The notes under the pieces are model-generated. The model was not told the origin of the DNA. It worked only from the letters and a program-made list of their open reading frames with translations, and did not search any database. A DNA stretch of 63,367 nucleotides, the filler included, from Globobulimina sp. (lineage: Eukaryota): the NCBI GenBank assembly GCA_003354225.1. It is 48 parts of 48 records of this genome, joined end to end, with 100 filler letters (N's around TTAATTAATTAA, not from the genome) between each part and the next. Parts side by side here need not be neighbours in the genome. Positions count along the whole stretch, not along the records: positions 62,147 to 63,367 come from PIVH01020694.1; 47 more parts are not named here. One strand, 5' to 3'. The stretch's first letter is position 1. Every line of letters starts with the position of its first letter. The position numbers and the translations under genes were made by a program. Below, in pieces: positions 62,147-63,367 of this stretch.

Positions 62147-63367
62147 TTATTATTTGAGATGATTTATGAACCACTTAAAACATCACAGAAACTGTTTTTA
62201 TGGAGGCAGCAATCGATTATTTGGATCTGGATATCAATATTCCATCACATACATTGATTGAGTTACAACAATTTTTAGTAGATTGCGAGTATGATAGTGA
62301 TGCCATGCTACTAGATGTAGCTTCCGAGCACGACTCAAACATTTATCACACATTTCCAAACATTGCTATAGTCCGCAGATTACAACAATATGGTGATTCA
62401 AATAAGAGTATGTAATATGTATAATTGCATGCATGTAATATGTAATATGTAATATGTATAATTGCATTTTTGATGTTGTCCAAAGGTTTCGGGCGCACAT
62501 TGAGCATTGGCTGGAGATTTTATTATTGGGCATTTTACGAGAATTTAGACGATGAAGGCAGGCCATGGGATTTTTTACACCCTGGATATTCTCCAAAAGA
62601 TTTATTTGTCAAATCCTATTATGGCTCATTCAAGGAAGAGCTATTAAGCTCAGGATTAATTAGTATGGCACAGTATAACGACCAAATATTTGTAAAAGCA
62701 ACCAAATATTTACAAACTAAGTCTGTAAAAAAAATGAGGGCAACAAATATAGATCGAAATATCCATTATGGGATTGTTGAAGGGGATGTTTTATCTTTGC
62801 AGAATCTCATGGCAGTTATAAGTTACACTGATTTTACAGAGTTGTCGACCGAGTTTTCAAGCACATTCCGGAAGATGGCGCAGTGGGAAAAATTGAAATC
62901 CCTCAAAAAGAGAAACAGTAAATATTGGCATATGTCAAAAATTCTCAAGGAAACAGTGGAATGTTTTGGATCAACCGGAGTGTTGAAATACGATGGTGGT
63001 AAATTAGTCAGCGGTGAACGGGGTCCATTTTATTGTGGAATGGATGTTGTTTTAGAAGTCCATCAGTTTGTGATTAGATTCAATGGTCCTATTTCTACAT
63101 CGAAACACAAGGAAATAGCTATGAGATTTACTAATTACAAAGGCATCGTATTAAGGTTGCACAATGACTCTAAACCTTACCGCAAGACACGTTTCTTTGA
63201 TTCTTCGTGGTTGAGTCACTTCAAAGATGAAAATGATAGATTATTCTTTGGCAACAGCCATTGCCTTCAAATATATACTGTTATAAATATGGTAACCAAG
63301 GAAAATTATAAGAAACATTTTCATGCCTGTTACATTTTGGATTGTGTATTTAATGGAATAGCACCTG
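62147..63367 (+). CDS. ADP-ribosyltransferase-like (R-S-E clade fold) protein, partial, intron 62408-62485
   Basis: Manual translation of the open frame 62486-63367: GPFYCGM..FNGPISTSKHKEIAMRF..GIVLRL..SWLSHFKDENDRLFFG. Confidence 0.6.

Overview
This window is not a contiguous locus. It is 48 unrelated short contigs, sorted by length from 1224 down to 1221 bp and joined by an artificial 100-nt linker (N44-TTAATTAATTAA-N44, which has stops in all six frames). Adjacency between contigs therefore has no biological meaning. Most contigs are AT-rich eukaryotic DNA with short (50-85 nt) spliceosomal introns. Their gene families (TPR, SPRY, TLDc, SAM, ART-like) suggest a rhizarian/foraminiferan host, which is an inference. 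One C2H2 zinc-finger contig has nematode-like introns, and two contigs look bacterial (a GT2 gene with REP-like palindromes, and a secreted dockerin-like protein with a terminator). Recognisable genes include IleRS, ValRS, PIG-B, mitochondrial DnaJ, ABCG, PI3K C2, an ITIH/vWA protein, polyamine oxidase, an LRRC9-like gene, a La-domain protein and a GEX1/Brambleberry-like protein. There are also EHD and kanadaptin pseudogenes, two LINE fragments and a MITE-like element. The most notable observations are: (1) an intronless tandem PD-(D/E)XK nuclease with a mitochondrial-presequence-like N-terminus; (2) a spliced NZF zinc finger plus gamma-adaptin-ear protein, a possible convergent GGA-like adaptor; (3) a GEX1-like karyogamy gene; (4) a strong GTT bias at 5' splice sites; (5) a divergent ART-like protein. 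No CRISPR array or multi-gene system can be supported.
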